Positions 46,513 through 57,112 of a stretch of DNA of 64,000 nucleotides are shown here, one piece after another (the stretch's first letter is position 1; every line of letters starts with the position of its first letter). Source of the stretch: Trypanosoma brucei (lineage: Eukaryota); assembly GCA_000002445.1 (NCBI GenBank), contig CM000208.1:3456001-3520000 (forward strand). Direction: 5' to 3'. The position numbers and the translations under genes are program-made. The notes under the pieces were generated by a model. That model searched no databases. It had not been told where the DNA came from and worked only from the letters and a program-made list of their open reading frames with translations.

Positions 46513-47448
46513 TTACTTTCCCGCCTTACAACCTGCAATAATAGATTTCACGCGCGGAATGACTCTCGCGGCGATCGGTTGCAACCGTGGAACAAGACGT
46601 GGGGCCAGCACCACGGTGACAGCCACCTCCAAAGGCACAAGAAGCTTGTTCAGTAGAATTGAAAGAGCCAAAGCAGTCCAAAATGAGGGATATTTCTTCT
46701 CTCCCTTCCCGTTGCCGCTATCCACATCTGTAGATGGTGCCTCGGAAGTACCGTCCTCTTTTCCAACTTTGAACCCGTACGACCGAGCGTAAGCAACAAC
46801 GTCGATGTGAAGAAAGTACAAGGTAAAGAAAATAATAGCCAATAAAATGTTGTGAACGATGAGGTAAAGGAGCAAACCACCCGCGCCGTAAGCGGCCAGT
46901 TTATGTTTTAAACCAGAAACCCCGTGCGGCGACGGCCCCGATGGCGGAGGAGGATTAACGTCCGGTGGAAAACCGCTACACGAGGACGAGGATGAACCGA
47001 AGCCATCCGTATTCCCTACTATTCCGTTGGTCTTCACACCTAGGGAACCACTGTTTCTAAAAACACGATTCGCTTCGTCAACGAAAAGTTTTTGGCGTCG
47101 GTGATACGTTGGGAAGCGGGTCGTGAACCCCTCAGGGACTTCGAACGTTGTTACATTGGTTACAAGATGATGGTAGTACGGCTTACGGTACTGCAATGAA
47201 AAATATTCACGCCAAACTACACACGGATCGTCATAATGGGGAATCTCATTGCTTGTTATTGTAGCAGCAAACATCGGGCAAGGACGAGCCACACACATCG
47301 CGGCTCTAACCGCCGGTAGGACAACGCCTCTTCCAACAGCATGCTGATCCTTCACACCGTTCGACGGCGGGGCTACGCCGCTTGCCGCGTCATGTGCAAG
47401 ATATCGGCATAAACCTACGTTTAACCTCACACAAGCTATCCGCCGCAT
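46513..47448 (-). CDS. WW-domain protein with a C-terminal DUF1279/FAM210-like two-helix membrane domain (311 aa)
   Basis: The track start 47451 is TTG; the ATG is at 47448. The WW-like segment is VVWREYFSLQYRKPYYHHLVTNVTTFEVP. The C-terminal LKHKLAAYGAGGLLLYLIVHNILLAIIFFTLYFLHIDVVAYARSYGF resembles DUF1279. Confidence 0.45.
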   Translation of the reverse strand: MRRIACVRLNVGLCRYLAHDAASGVAPPSNGVKDQHAVGRGVVLPAVRAAMCVARPCPMFAATITSNEIPHYDDPCVVWREYFSLQYRKPYYHHLVTNVTTFEVPEGFTTRFPTYHRRQKLFVDEANRVFRNSGSLGVKTNGIVGNTDGFGSSSSSCSGFPPDVNPPPPSGPSPHGVSGLKHKLAAYGAGGLLLYLIVHNILLAIIFFTLYFLHIDVVAYARSYGFKVGKEDGTSEAPSTDVDSGNGKGEKKYPSFWTALALSILLNKLLVPLEVAVTVVLAPRLVPRLQPIAARVIPRVKSIIAGCKAGK

Positions 47449-47685
47449 CAAGTCCTTCTACGCAGTAATATGGAAGAAGATCTTCAAAAAAAAAATTATG
47501 AAGGGAAAGAGTCACTACAGTAGTCACAAAACGGGTAAACGAAACGAACGAAACAGACATGGAAGCACAGACAAGATGCTTTCCAATCGAAGACCTCCTT
47601 AGCAGAGGGGAGCACGTTGTCAAAAAAAAAGAAAATAACAAAAACAGTTGCCGTCCATCGGGCTTTTGCAGTGAGCACCAATGCT

Positions 47686-48486
47686 TTAAGCAGCCACCAT
47701 CTTCCTTCCCATAGAGAGGAACTCGGAGTGCTCGTCGGTGGGGTCGCGCGACACCTCCGTCTCCGCCCAGAGGTCGGGGGTAAGGAAGCCGTATGTCTTG
47801 CGCAGTGCATAGAATGTGGCCATGATGAAATTACCACGCGTACGCGTCTTACCACATGAGCTAGTATATACGTCCTCAACGCCGGCAAACTCAAGAATCT
47901 TCTTCGGCACAGGCGCAGCAACGATACCAGCACCACGTGGAGCAGGGATCAAGCGAACGGCAACGGAGCCGCACTTCCCGGTTACCTTGATAGGGATTGT
48001 ATGCGGTTCACCGATCTTGTTACCCCAGTAGCCACGGCGCACAGGCACAATACTCAGCTTCGCAGCGATCATTGACGCACGGATGGCCAGGGACACCTCC
48101 TTGCCGACGCGGGCGCCGACACCAATGTGGCCGTTACCGTCACCAACAACATTGAAGGCCTTGAAGCGTGTGCGCTGTCCGGCAGACGTTGCCTTCTGCA
48201 CGGGGAAAACAAGCATCATCTCATCACGGAGGTCGCCTTCGCGGATCAGTTGGTCCACGATCTGATGCTCTTTGATGGGCATCGAGAAGAGGAAGATTTC
48301 CTCCAGCGAGGTGATCTTTTGATCCTTCACAAGGCGGCCAAGTTTTGTGCATGGCACCCATTCCTTCTCATCACCACCACCGCCACGACCGCCACGACCA
48401 CCGCGACCGCCGCGACCGCCACGTCCGCCACGGCCACGACCGAAGCCGCGCTGCTCGCCACCTGTACCGCGTGGTGCGTCAGCCAT
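47686..48486 (-). CDS. RPS2: 40S ribosomal protein S2 (uS5) with an N-terminal (GRG)n tract, 266 aa
   Basis: ATG at 48486. N-terminal [16 protein letters not shown], followed by a conserved S5 domain ([31 protein letters not shown]...[15 protein letters not shown]...[38 protein letters not shown]). Confidence 0.92.
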   Translation of the reverse strand: MADAPRGTGGEQRGFGRGRGGRGGRGGRGGRGGRGGGGDEKEWVPCTKLGRLVKDQKITSLEEIFLFSMPIKEHQIVDQLIREGDLRDEMMLVFPVQKATSAGQRTRFKAFNVVGDGNGHIGVGARVGKEVSLAIRASMIAAKLSIVPVRRGYWGNKIGEPHTIPIKVTGKCGSVAVRLIPAPRGAGIVAAPVPKKILEFAGVEDVYTSSCGKTRTRGNFIMATFYALRKTYGFLTPDLWAETEVSRDPTDEHSEFLSMGRKMVAA

Positions 48487-48968
48487 TCTCGGTTCAACTA
48501 TGACAGCTTATCGTTTCAAATAACGGAGGAAAAAGCAATAAAAAGAGCAAAGACAAATTTTTTAAAAAAAAAACGAAAGAAGGTGCTGCAGTGATCAAGG
48601 GAAAGGGAACCTCAAAAAGGGAATGAAGTACGCCGACGCCCACAGACAAACATACGTAGTCAAAAATTAATCAGAACGCCTTCTAATCGCAGAGATCGCT
48701 CGGTGAAAGCCACCCGAGTAGCTAGCAGCATGCTAGAAGATATTGTACATCTGTCTCCCCGCGAAAGGGAAAAAAAAACATACAAATAAACATATATACA
48801 CGCTATAATACAGTTCCTTCGACCTCGTCTATTCCCCTGAACTCTATTACCACTACAGTTCCACTCTCTCAATTTTTCCAACACTTAATTTGTGATAATG
48901 AAAAAGTTGGGGAACCCTAACTTCAGGAATATATATGTATGAGTATTTTCACCGGCGTGCCCTCACTC

Positions 48969-51900
48969 CTACACCGTTGCGACTACCTGCGTTAGATGCT
49001 CCATGCGGCGAGCGGTGAGTGTGGCCTCCAGTTGGCCGAGGGCATCCTCGGCATCTACAGCGCCATCGAAGCGCAAAAGCACACCGAGGTCGACAAACAA
49101 CAAACTCTTTATTTGCCGTATAACCTCCGCCAACACCGGAAGGTGCGACTCCATTTCCAGCTTGCGGCTCCACAAGGAGAGTAGCTCTAATCTAGTGGCA
49201 TTGGAACGCAACAACTCAGCGAAATTCAGCAACTCACCCGCAGTAAAAGGGTTGTCAGACACAATAAGTTCCTGCAGAGACGCCAGTACTTCGTCTGGGA
49301 AAGCTTTAGCATCAGCCACTTCGGCATTCTTAATACTAAGAAACCTGAGGCCTGACGGCTTGAGGAACTTAAAGGCTGCCGATACACCCACTGCCCCGAG
49401 AGGTATTTGATCAAGCGACAATCTCTCCAGTGTTCCCTTACACCGAGATAGTAGGCATCCGAGTGCACCACCACCTTCAGCACCACCCAGGTTGTTACGG
49501 GACAACTGTAACTCCCGCAACACAAAGTTGCCTTCCGGGGATGCTCCGGACCACTTCAGAATGTGCTCTGGTCCCAATTCATTGCCATTAAGATGAAGGA
49601 TATCCAAACGGCTGCATAATCTACCCAGTGCCTCGACTTCATCGTCACCCCAACACTGGGAGAGGTCGTTAAAACCTAATAACAGTGTTGTGATATTACC
49701 AGCAGCAACTGCAGACAAAAGTTCAAAAAAACAGGAAGACTTGGAACCCTCTTGGTTGACGTCCGGGCACTCCGATGAATCGGGTAGTCCCTCCCCCAAT
49801 ACCTCCGTACCCGCTTCATGAGACAGCTCGACAAACCCAATGCGATTACCCTCAAGTGAAAGCGAAGTAATCGTCTTGTTGGTACACAAACTCTCAGCCA
49901 GTGCGCGGATGGTTTCCGGGTACATGTCATTGTACGCTAGATCAAGCACCTTAAGCGTGTTATTGCGACGAAGAGCCGCGAAGAGAGAAGAACAACCGGG
50001 CGTAACACCGCTGGGCACATCCACGACACTCGGCGCAACTGCCTCATCCCCATCGCTTGCAACATCTTCAACTACCTTTGCCGCGCGCTTCCTCCCGAAG
50101 ACATTGCGGCGCAAAAGAAGGCACTCTACCGTCTTATTTTCCGCGAGGACGTTTCCGATATGCTTCATTCCGTGGCTTCCAATCTGGCAACTTCCAAGGT
50201 CCAGTACTCGAAGGAAAGGAACGCAGCGTTTTTGTGAAGTAACGGGTATACTCCATTTTCCGAGAACATCCAGAAGCGCCGATATTTCCTCCTCTATGTT
50301 ATTGACATCCCCTTCTCCATCCGGGCTGGGTATGTGCTGATCATCTTCGTGCACCACCGGTTCCTGTTCTTCGTCCCCCCCGTGCTGGTCCTCGTCAAAT
50401 TCCCCACCATAATCACTTGCTGCGCCAAAAGTGGCTGTTTCGTCAATAGCCAAGACGTCTGCACTTGCCCTTGAGTTCCCTGTAATCCACGCCTTAAAGG
50501 TTTGTAACCACAAGAGGTACTCAGATTGCATCCGGTCACGCTCGCGCGACTCCTCAACCAGCGTCCTCTTGTAATCTACTGTCAATTTGTTGAGCAGTCG
50601 GTCCGCATCGTTCGACAAATCCTTTTGGATACGCTCTTCCTCCTCCTCCTCAAGCTGTAACTCGTGCCGTAACGCAGAGGCTAAAGCAACAGCACCTTTA
50701 TTCCCAATGGGGTTGCCACGCAGACGAAGGACCTGTATGTGTGACCACCCGCTCCGGCGCCTGCAGTACTTGTCAATCTCAACACGTTTTTCTTCAGCCA
50801 ATTCCTCACGGATGATGGCGTGCTCCTCCATCAGCAATGAAGCCTCACGTACATATTGATTAGCACAACCCCGGCGTAACTCCCTCTCCTCCTTGTATAA
50901 CCTACGAAATAGGCGGTTGAACTTCCTCTCTAGATGTGGTGGAAGGGGTTTGGGCTTCCCTTCTCCCTCTTCATCCTCCTCCTCTTCTTCTTCCTCCTCC
51001 CCTTCCTCTTCCGCATCCCCGTCAGCCGCGTCCTCCTGCTGCTCCTCATTCCCTTCATCCTCTTCATCCTCCTCGTCGTCATTTTCATTATCCGACCCAT
51101 CTTTCATTAGTGGTGAACCACCTTCCTGTGTGCCATCTTGGTCGGTGCCCTCTTCCTCCACGGGGTCCTCTACTTCCTCGTCATCTTCAAAATCATCCCC
51201 TTCATCCTCTTCTTCATCCTGGCCAATAAAAAAGGAAACGGATTCAAGACCAACACCATCATCCTCCTCGTCCACAACAGCATCTTCCTCCCCATCTTGC
51301 ACATCCTGAGGATAGAGCCGTGTGTCAGACTTCACGAGGGCTTCCAGCAGCTGCTGCGCCGTTATCCCATTGATGTTATTATTATTAAGGTTCAGGTCGA
51401 CAACGAACTTATTAAACTTAATAAATTCGACAAGTTGCGCTAACGCATCGCTGTCATCCTTCGTCAGACCTAAGTCATTGCCTTCAAGATCCAGAACGCG
51501 AATCATCGTATCCTTCAGCATCGGCAGCAGTGACTCAGCAACCCGACCAAACTTTGTGTTGGGCAAACCCAACACCTCAAGCTCCTTTGCTCCATGAAAA
51601 AAATTCTGGAAATCGTCAATTGAAGAACCTTCAACGAACTCACCGGAAACTGTAAGGGAACGAAGATGCCCCAACATACGGTGGTTTGCACATATAACGG
51701 TAAAAATGTCATGAATCGCAACAGTTTTCGCCGGTGCTAACATGAGAGTGACATGTCGCATATTATCCGATGTCCTGTAGTCTTTGGATTGCGCCTCCGT
51801 TCGTACAATGTGATTAAGAAAATCCACTATTTGATCTGAGGGAAGCTGAACATTCGAAAGAGCTTCGGGTGACGGAAACGCATTCCATATGTGTGAGGTA

Positions 51901-52280
51901 TGGTAACCTACAAGTGGCTGACCTCTTGGAGTCGTACAGCGGACCTCATCCTCAACATTCGCAACAAGTGGTTGGGTACCGTTAGAAAAAACGCGCGCGG
52001 CAGAACAACTACTGCATGGCCACCATGCCAAATTAGATCTAGAACATACAATAGACGCGTTGAACCGTAAAATTGAACACTCCACTTCCCGCGCCACCTC
52101 CGCCTCAAGAGCCTTGGCTGCAATGCCGTGTTGGGCCGCGATATCACCCTTTACTTTCGCACTGTTTACCCGTGGAGGAGCAGCAGCAACTCCACTTTCT
52201 GCGGCACAACTCCCCAAATGCAAACTATCAAACTGCACAGCATCGTCGGCGGAGGAAAATGTACACCATGATCGTGACAT
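48969..52280 (-). CDS. Leucine-rich repeat (RNI/ribonuclease-inhibitor-like) protein with a long acidic E/D tract (1103 aa)
   Basis: The track start 52283 is GTG; the ATG is at 52280. There are many LxxLxLxxNxIG units (LRVLDLEGNDLG, LKVLDLAYNDMYPETIRALAESLCTNKTITSLSLEGNRIG, LDILHLNGNELG and others). A poly-E/D block sits at about 50950-51300. Confidence 0.6.
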   Translation of the reverse strand: MSRSWCTFSSADDAVQFDSLHLGSCAAESGVAAAPPRVNSAKVKGDIAAQHGIAAKALEAEVAREVECSILRFNASIVCSRSNLAWWPCSSCSAARVFSNGTQPLVANVEDEVRCTTPRGQPLVGYHTSHIWNAFPSPEALSNVQLPSDQIVDFLNHIVRTEAQSKDYRTSDNMRHVTLMLAPAKTVAIHDIFTVICANHRMLGHLRSLTVSGEFVEGSSIDDFQNFFHGAKELEVLGLPNTKFGRVAESLLPMLKDTMIRVLDLEGNDLGLTKDDSDALAQLVEFIKFNKFVVDLNLNNNNINGITAQQLLEALVKSDTRLYPQDVQDGEEDAVVDEEDDGVGLESVSFFIGQDEEEDEGDDFEDDEEVEDPVEEEGTDQDGTQEGGSPLMKDGSDNENDDEEDEEDEGNEEQQEDAADGDAEEEGEEEEEEEEDEEGEGKPKPLPPHLERKFNRLFRRLYKEERELRRGCANQYVREASLLMEEHAIIREELAEEKRVEIDKYCRRRSGWSHIQVLRLRGNPIGNKGAVALASALRHELQLEEEEEERIQKDLSNDADRLLNKLTVDYKRTLVEESRERDRMQSEYLLWLQTFKAWITGNSRASADVLAIDETATFGAASDYGGEFDEDQHGGDEEQEPVVHEDDQHIPSPDGEGDVNNIEEEISALLDVLGKWSIPVTSQKRCVPFLRVLDLGSCQIGSHGMKHIGNVLAENKTVECLLLRRNVFGRKRAAKVVEDVASDGDEAVAPSVVDVPSGVTPGCSSLFAALRRNNTLKVLDLAYNDMYPETIRALAESLCTNKTITSLSLEGNRIGFVELSHEAGTEVLGEGLPDSSECPDVNQEGSKSSCFFELLSAVAAGNITTLLLGFNDLSQCWGDDEVEALGRLCSRLDILHLNGNELGPEHILKWSGASPEGNFVLRELQLSRNNLGGAEGGGALGCLLSRCKGTLERLSLDQIPLGAVGVSAAFKFLKPSGLRFLSIKNAEVADAKAFPDEVLASLQELIVSDNPFTAGELLNFAELLRSNATRLELLSLWSRKLEMESHLPVLAEVIRQIKSLLFVDLGVLLRFDGAVDAEDALGQLEATLTARRMEHLTQVVATV

Positions 52281-52570
52281 CACAAATATATTTACTCCTA
52301 TCTTACACAGGTAACAATCAGGTCACAACAAGGTAAAAAAGAAAAAGAAAAATAACTAAACTACCAACAAACACACCAAAGTACAAACCGTACATAACTC
52401 TGATTAACATATGCTACGAACCTTCATGCATCACCAAATAAAAAAAATAACAAACAAAAAGACACATTAACCAGAATTTTTAAAAAAAAACAAAAATAAA
52501 AATATACATAAACTAGGATCACCAACAAAAAAAATTATCATACAAAGCAACAACACAACATCTAAACTAT

Positions 52571-52726
52571 TTACCATGAATTAACGACCAACTTAAATAT
52601 TGCCTCCCCTTCGGGATTCTTGTCAGGATGTAACTCGAGCGCCTTCAGTTTGTAAGCCTCTCGTATTCCGTCCTTAGACGCAGTCCTTGGAACCCCCAGG
52701 ATCGCATAATAGTCCGCCTGCTGCAT
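52571..52726 (-). pseudogene. Orphan J-domain fragment (51 codons with intact HPD, truncated in helix III)
   Basis: Minus-strand ATG at 52726 gives [51 protein letters not shown] and then TAA at 52573..52571. This is the canonical J-domain helix I-II plus the HPD loop. It is too short for the ORF track cutoff. There is no continuation in any frame downstream. Confidence 0.4.
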
Positions 52727-53275
52727 ACCGTACTTTTTCCCTTCCCTTTCTCAGCAGTAATAAGGGAGAAGTGCAGTGGTAAAAGAAGTAGAAATAAAAT
52801 AAGAGACAGCGACTTTAAGAAGCAGCAACAGACTCATAGATCCAACAAGACAATCAATAGCGAGCTCGGCAAGCACGTAAGCACCGCCCCCATTTACACA
52901 CAAGAAAAAGGAAACATATACTCCGTTGCTTACACGGTCAAGGGGGAAGGATCATAGGGAAACCAGGCAAGCAAAGCCACAATACGTTTCGCCCCACTAT
53001 CGGCAGGGTAAACCACCACATATTAAAGACGAACAGGAAGACATGGAGACAACACGCCACGCACAGAAGCCACACCCAACGTATATAAGTGCGCGAGTCC
53101 CATCTTCTCACACTAGCCATCTATTACATTCAATACTGCATAGGACAAGGGCGTACAGAGAAAATTCAAGCAACCATTCTGAACCGGTTATCCAACAAAT
53201 AAAAATATGCTGCATTCCCTTAACCATCCACACCACAGCATCCTAAAAGGAATGACGGTAACGCACTACGTATGT

Positions 53276-54433
53276 CTATTCACCGTTCCGCCGTCTCTCC
53301 TCCTCTATCGCATCTTCCCATTCAAGATCCTCCATTATGCTCTCCGACTGCCGCAGTGCAGCTGGAAGGCGCGAAAGGACGAAGCCTACTGCGCAAAGTA
53401 ACACAATGGTCTCACCCCACAGTCCAATATATTCCTGCATGAAGTCCAGCCACGAAATTATCACACGGTATTTAAACGTTCCAAGCGTCATCTCCTGTCC
53501 CCATCCACCACTGCGAGCACTGGTATACCGCATATGCTCTGGAGGCTTTATCCCATAGAGAAGATAGTAATTACGTGCCTCAGGGTTCACAAGAATGTCG
53601 TATGCATCCTTCAGCTCCTCAAGAACCATCGACCGGTCTTCCTCATTCTTCTCCGTCTCTTCCACTAATTTCTTTTTTGTTTCGTATGCTCTCTTCAGTT
53701 CAGTGGGGTCGACTGAGCGTGCGTCCTTCGTATCCTTCGTGTCCAGCAAAACACTGAAAAGTTCACGGTCTACCTGAGAGGCAAGGCGATTGTACGCAAG
53801 CTCCACCTGTTGATTATTGGCTTCGCACGCACGACCACAGTGAACCAGCTGCCCTCGCGCATCCTGATGTTCTTTATACGCCTTACGGATTTCCTGCCGG
53901 ATGCGGTAGTTCTCCCGCCGTCGTTCCTTGTCAAGGTCCTCTCCACCTGCCTCATCAGCAGCAGCTCCGGTAGATTTCGGACGGATTCTCCCCTTCACAC
54001 CCAATATTTCGTAATAGCTCTCCGCTTCACTTGGAGTGACGGCACCATCATGAGTCGGATTGACCTCACCGAACCCTTTGCCACTCTCAATCTGAGGTGG
54101 CTCCAGGTTAAACTCCACGTCATACTTCGCTAACGCAAGCAACGAAATGGCAATCACTACCGCTACGGAGAAAAAAATGCGAAACATAGAGCCAGAATTT
54201 TCATGCTCGCCTACGACAGCATCCCACTCGGCTTGAGTGATTATACCACGGTTGGGGTCCCGTCGAGAGTAGCGGTTGGTATTAGCAAACCGTGAATTGG
54301 GCCGCTGCACACCATACATGGCGTTGTGCCGTGCAAACACATCCTCCCGAGCAGCACGAGCCGCGCTCTCCTCCAGCTTGTTACGCCGCTCCTGAGCCTG
54401 CTGCTGCCGTATTTGCGCTGCTCGAGGTATCAT
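53276..54433 (-). CDS. J-like (degenerate DnaJ domain) membrane protein, hypothetical (385 aa)
   Basis: The track start 54442 is TTG; the ATG is at 54433. It carries ESYYEILGV...IRKAYKEHQDA (HPD replaced by HQD), then LEELKDAYDILVNPEARNYYLLYG (J helix III/IV-like) after an insertion. There are two hydrophobic segments (FFSVAVVIAISLLALA and IVLLCAVGFVLSRL). Confidence 0.5.
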   Translation of the reverse strand: MIPRAAQIRQQQAQERRNKLEESAARAAREDVFARHNAMYGVQRPNSRFANTNRYSRRDPNRGIITQAEWDAVVGEHENSGSMFRIFFSVAVVIAISLLALAKYDVEFNLEPPQIESGKGFGEVNPTHDGAVTPSEAESYYEILGVKGRIRPKSTGAAADEAGGEDLDKERRRENYRIRQEIRKAYKEHQDARGQLVHCGRACEANNQQVELAYNRLASQVDRELFSVLLDTKDTKDARSVDPTELKRAYETKKKLVEETEKNEEDRSMVLEELKDAYDILVNPEARNYYLLYGIKPPEHMRYTSARSGGWGQEMTLGTFKYRVIISWLDFMQEYIGLWGETIVLLCAVGFVLSRLPAALRQSESIMEDLEWEDAIEEERRRNGE

Positions 54434-54943
54434 ACTTAGCAACTTAGAGCTACACTCCCCATTAGTAACAAATTAAAAACAGGATTCAAGGAAGAAGAGG
54501 GGGAAAAAAAAAAGAAACGGTGATACGACGGGGAAAATAATCGAAGGAAAGCAGTTTGGTGCGGAAATAGGATTGCGCAAACAATCGCAATGTAGTCGCC
54601 CACATACCACACAGTCAGTTACGTCCCTGTTATTACGTAAAATGATTAACGTCGATCATATAAATGATTTCATTATTCTTTTATTTTCCCCCACTCATAC
54701 AGAAAACTTCCATTTACTTCCGTTGCATATTCATCTTTCTTCTCTTGCCTTATAATAGTTTTTCTCGCTGTTATTCGCTGGTCCCTTCTTAATGTTCGTT
54801 TCCCCTCCCCACTCCAACCCGGGCGTAGGAAACGTGAAACACAAACATATAATCTCAGATCACACAGTCAGACAAAGAGCTCCCCACGCAGCCTCTCCCA
54901 CCAAACGTGGCTTTCCTACATCCTTTTGTCCACATTCCTATTC

Positions 54944-55663
54944 CTATTGCGGGGGGGATTTGTAGTAACCTGTAACCACAGCGTGGTCACGCTCGAACGG
55001 TTCCAGCGAGGCCTGTTCCTTCGGTCTCAGCCCTGAGTCCTTCAGCTTCTGCACCTCCGATGCAAAAACAGTAGCAGAGTCCGCTGTCGAATCAATGCAA
55101 TTGGCCTTTATCGAAATAACAAAACCACCGTTCTGTTTCAAAAAGTGTTGTGCATTCAGAGCTAATATTCGCGCCTGGTCGGGTTGAGCAACATCCATAA
55201 AGATGCAGTCTACCAAACGCGGTATCAGCATCCGATATTTCTGCGGGTAGCGGGCATCCTCAAGGATCGGGACAATATTACTCCGACGTTTCGACATCTC
55301 CTCCAGGTCACGCCCGCTACGGTGTGAGAACTCCACAGCGTACACAACACCCTCCGGACCCACCAAATCAGACACATGACTAACAGTTGTCCCACTGGCA
55401 GCACCCAGGTATAACACTGTTGAGCCCGGTTCCATGTATATCTGAGCAACACCAGCGTAAATCGCCGCCGCAAGTTTCGACCGGTATGGATTCCACACGC
55501 GGAACTCGCAGGACTCGGTCTCTCCGGCAATTGTACCGCTTACGCGCTTCTCACCGTATATGGAGACACCAGGTACGAGTGACTTTGTGGCAAGAGTGTC
55601 TTTACCCGCAAGGAGGTAGCAGCCACGCATACGAGCATGGGGTTGAAATATGTTGCCCTTCAC
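54944..55663 (-). CDS. NOP1: Fibrillarin (NOP1) methyltransferase domain. The N-terminal GAR domain is absent or interrupted, and the start codon is uncertain
   Basis: There is a strong full-length match of the C-terminal two-thirds to fibrillarin ([65 protein letters not shown]...[39 protein letters not shown]). The track start 55663 is GTG, and the first ATG is at 55630 (MRGCYLL). Upstream in frame are the remnant GAR codons [12 protein letters not shown], preceded immediately by TAA at 55702..55700. Confidence 0.8.
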   Translation of the reverse strand: MKGNIFQPHARMRGCYLLAGKDTLATKSLVPGVSIYGEKRVSGTIAGETESCEFRVWNPYRSKLAAAIYAGVAQIYMEPGSTVLYLGAASGTTVSHVSDLVGPEGVVYAVEFSHRSGRDLEEMSKRRSNIVPILEDARYPQKYRMLIPRLVDCIFMDVAQPDQARILALNAQHFLKQNGGFVISIKANCIDSTADSATVFASEVQKLKDSGLRPKEQASLEPFERDHAVVTGYYKSPPQ

Positions 55664-55817
55664 CCCACCGCCGGCTTTGCCTCCGCCTCGTCCGCCAAAT
55701 TATTATACTACCAGTTAATGAAAACATTAACAATTTCGGTGCTACAACATTGTTCTTACGATATCTTATTATTTTCTGATGGGCGATTGTACTGTACAGG
55801 AGTCGTGGGGGGTATAT

Positions 55818-55890
55818 ATGAGAAAAAAGAGAGAGGAAAAAGGATAGGGTGTCGACCGCAACAAAAAAAAAAAGCAAAAGCCGTCCAAAA
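55818..55890 (-). promoter_or_regulatory. Candidate polypyrimidine tract upstream of fibrillarin (polypurine on the plus strand)
   Basis: Plus strand reads gagaaaaaagagagaggaaaaaggatagg...acaaaaaaaaaaagcaaaag, so the minus strand is T/C-rich. It lies about 150-220 nt upstream of the fibrillarin ORF. Confidence 0.3.
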
Positions 55891-56060
55891 ATTATGAGCG
55901 TGTACAAAAATGATCCAAATCCTTTGGCAACCGAAGTATGTAAAAGAAATAGCTGAGGCGATAGGTAAACCCCCGAGCCATACCGATGTATTGTCTGCAA
56001 CACATTCGTAATGTTCGGTGACGATATGGACCCTTTCCCGTTACTCAGCATACTTCTACG

Positions 56061-56723
56061 TCACGTGTTTGAGCGCCCACGCTTCCTAAACACTCGGTGA
56101 AGGGAACGAAGTCTTCTATACTGTTTAACTTCATCACTTTCCTGATCCAGAATCAGGTGGACGGCGAAACTGGTTGCTCCACAAAACGGGCAAACCGATG
56201 CGGGATCGTCATCCACGGGGCAATCCTTTTTTGCAGCAGCTGGTTTCCCAACAGACTCATTCACCGCAGCGCAAGCCACAACGTGCCCGCAAGACCAAAA
56301 CCCAAGAAATTGGTGAAGACCTGAGGCAGAGTCATAACCTGTTACTGGGCACCGAATAAGCACCTTTCTGTCCTTCCCCTCCTCTACGTTCGACACCTCA
56401 CACACATCAGATAGTTTCGATATTTTCATATCGCTGTTCAAATCGCTACTGCTCTGCTTATGGAGTGAACGTTTCTCCAATATGTTATCCAACACCGCCT
56501 TCTTTGAATACAGGCGTCCATAAAGATCAAAAACAACCGGAAGCTGCAGCGGCTCCAGTGACAGACCACAATGCGACCACCGCAAAACCTTTTCCTCCTT
56601 TAATTTTCGCGTCGTTTCTCCTCCACCATTGTCCCCTTTCCGCAGCTCATCAGCGGTGAGGAACACACGTGACTTTTCTAATATCCGCCGCTTGTTTGAG
56701 AGTGCTTGGCCATCGCCGCCCAT
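56061..56723 (-). CDS. Rtf2-domain (replication termination factor 2-like RING-type zinc finger) protein, 220 aa
   Basis: ATG at 56723. WSHCGLSLEPLQLPVVFDLYGRLYSKKAVLDNILEK, then CPVTG...CGHVVACAAVNE...CPFCG, which matches the Rtf2 C2HC2 arrangement. Confidence 0.6.
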   Translation of the reverse strand: MGGDGQALSNKRRILEKSRVFLTADELRKGDNGGGETTRKLKEEKVLRWSHCGLSLEPLQLPVVFDLYGRLYSKKAVLDNILEKRSLHKQSSSDLNSDMKISKLSDVCEVSNVEEGKDRKVLIRCPVTGYDSASGLHQFLGFWSCGHVVACAAVNESVGKPAAAKKDCPVDDDPASVCPFCGATSFAVHLILDQESDEVKQYRRLRSLHRVFRKRGRSNT

Positions 56724-57112
56724 CGGGGTATAACTTCATAATCATGCATCAGGGGAAACCAATGCCAAATTAAAAAAAAACAAAGATGGCAACGGTGGAG
56801 AGCAGTTTTGTTTGGCAGTGACGGTAGGACAATCAAAGGGGCACGGCGTCCCGAAAACGACTAAGAGCATCCACCGGTACAAAATGTTGCAGAGGGTACA
56901 CGAATAACAAGAAGGTTTGGCTAAACACATGCATACACAGAGAAGGGGAGAAATACATAAAGGTAAGGGAGGCGAGAGATCCATCAACGTTGGCACTGGA
57001 TGGTCGCCACTCACTATGCTCAAAAACAAACAAAAAACTTACTGAGGGCCCCACTACAATCTTTCTTCCATTCCGGCAGTTGATTCCTCACACCTACCGT
57101 CACTTCGCCAAC

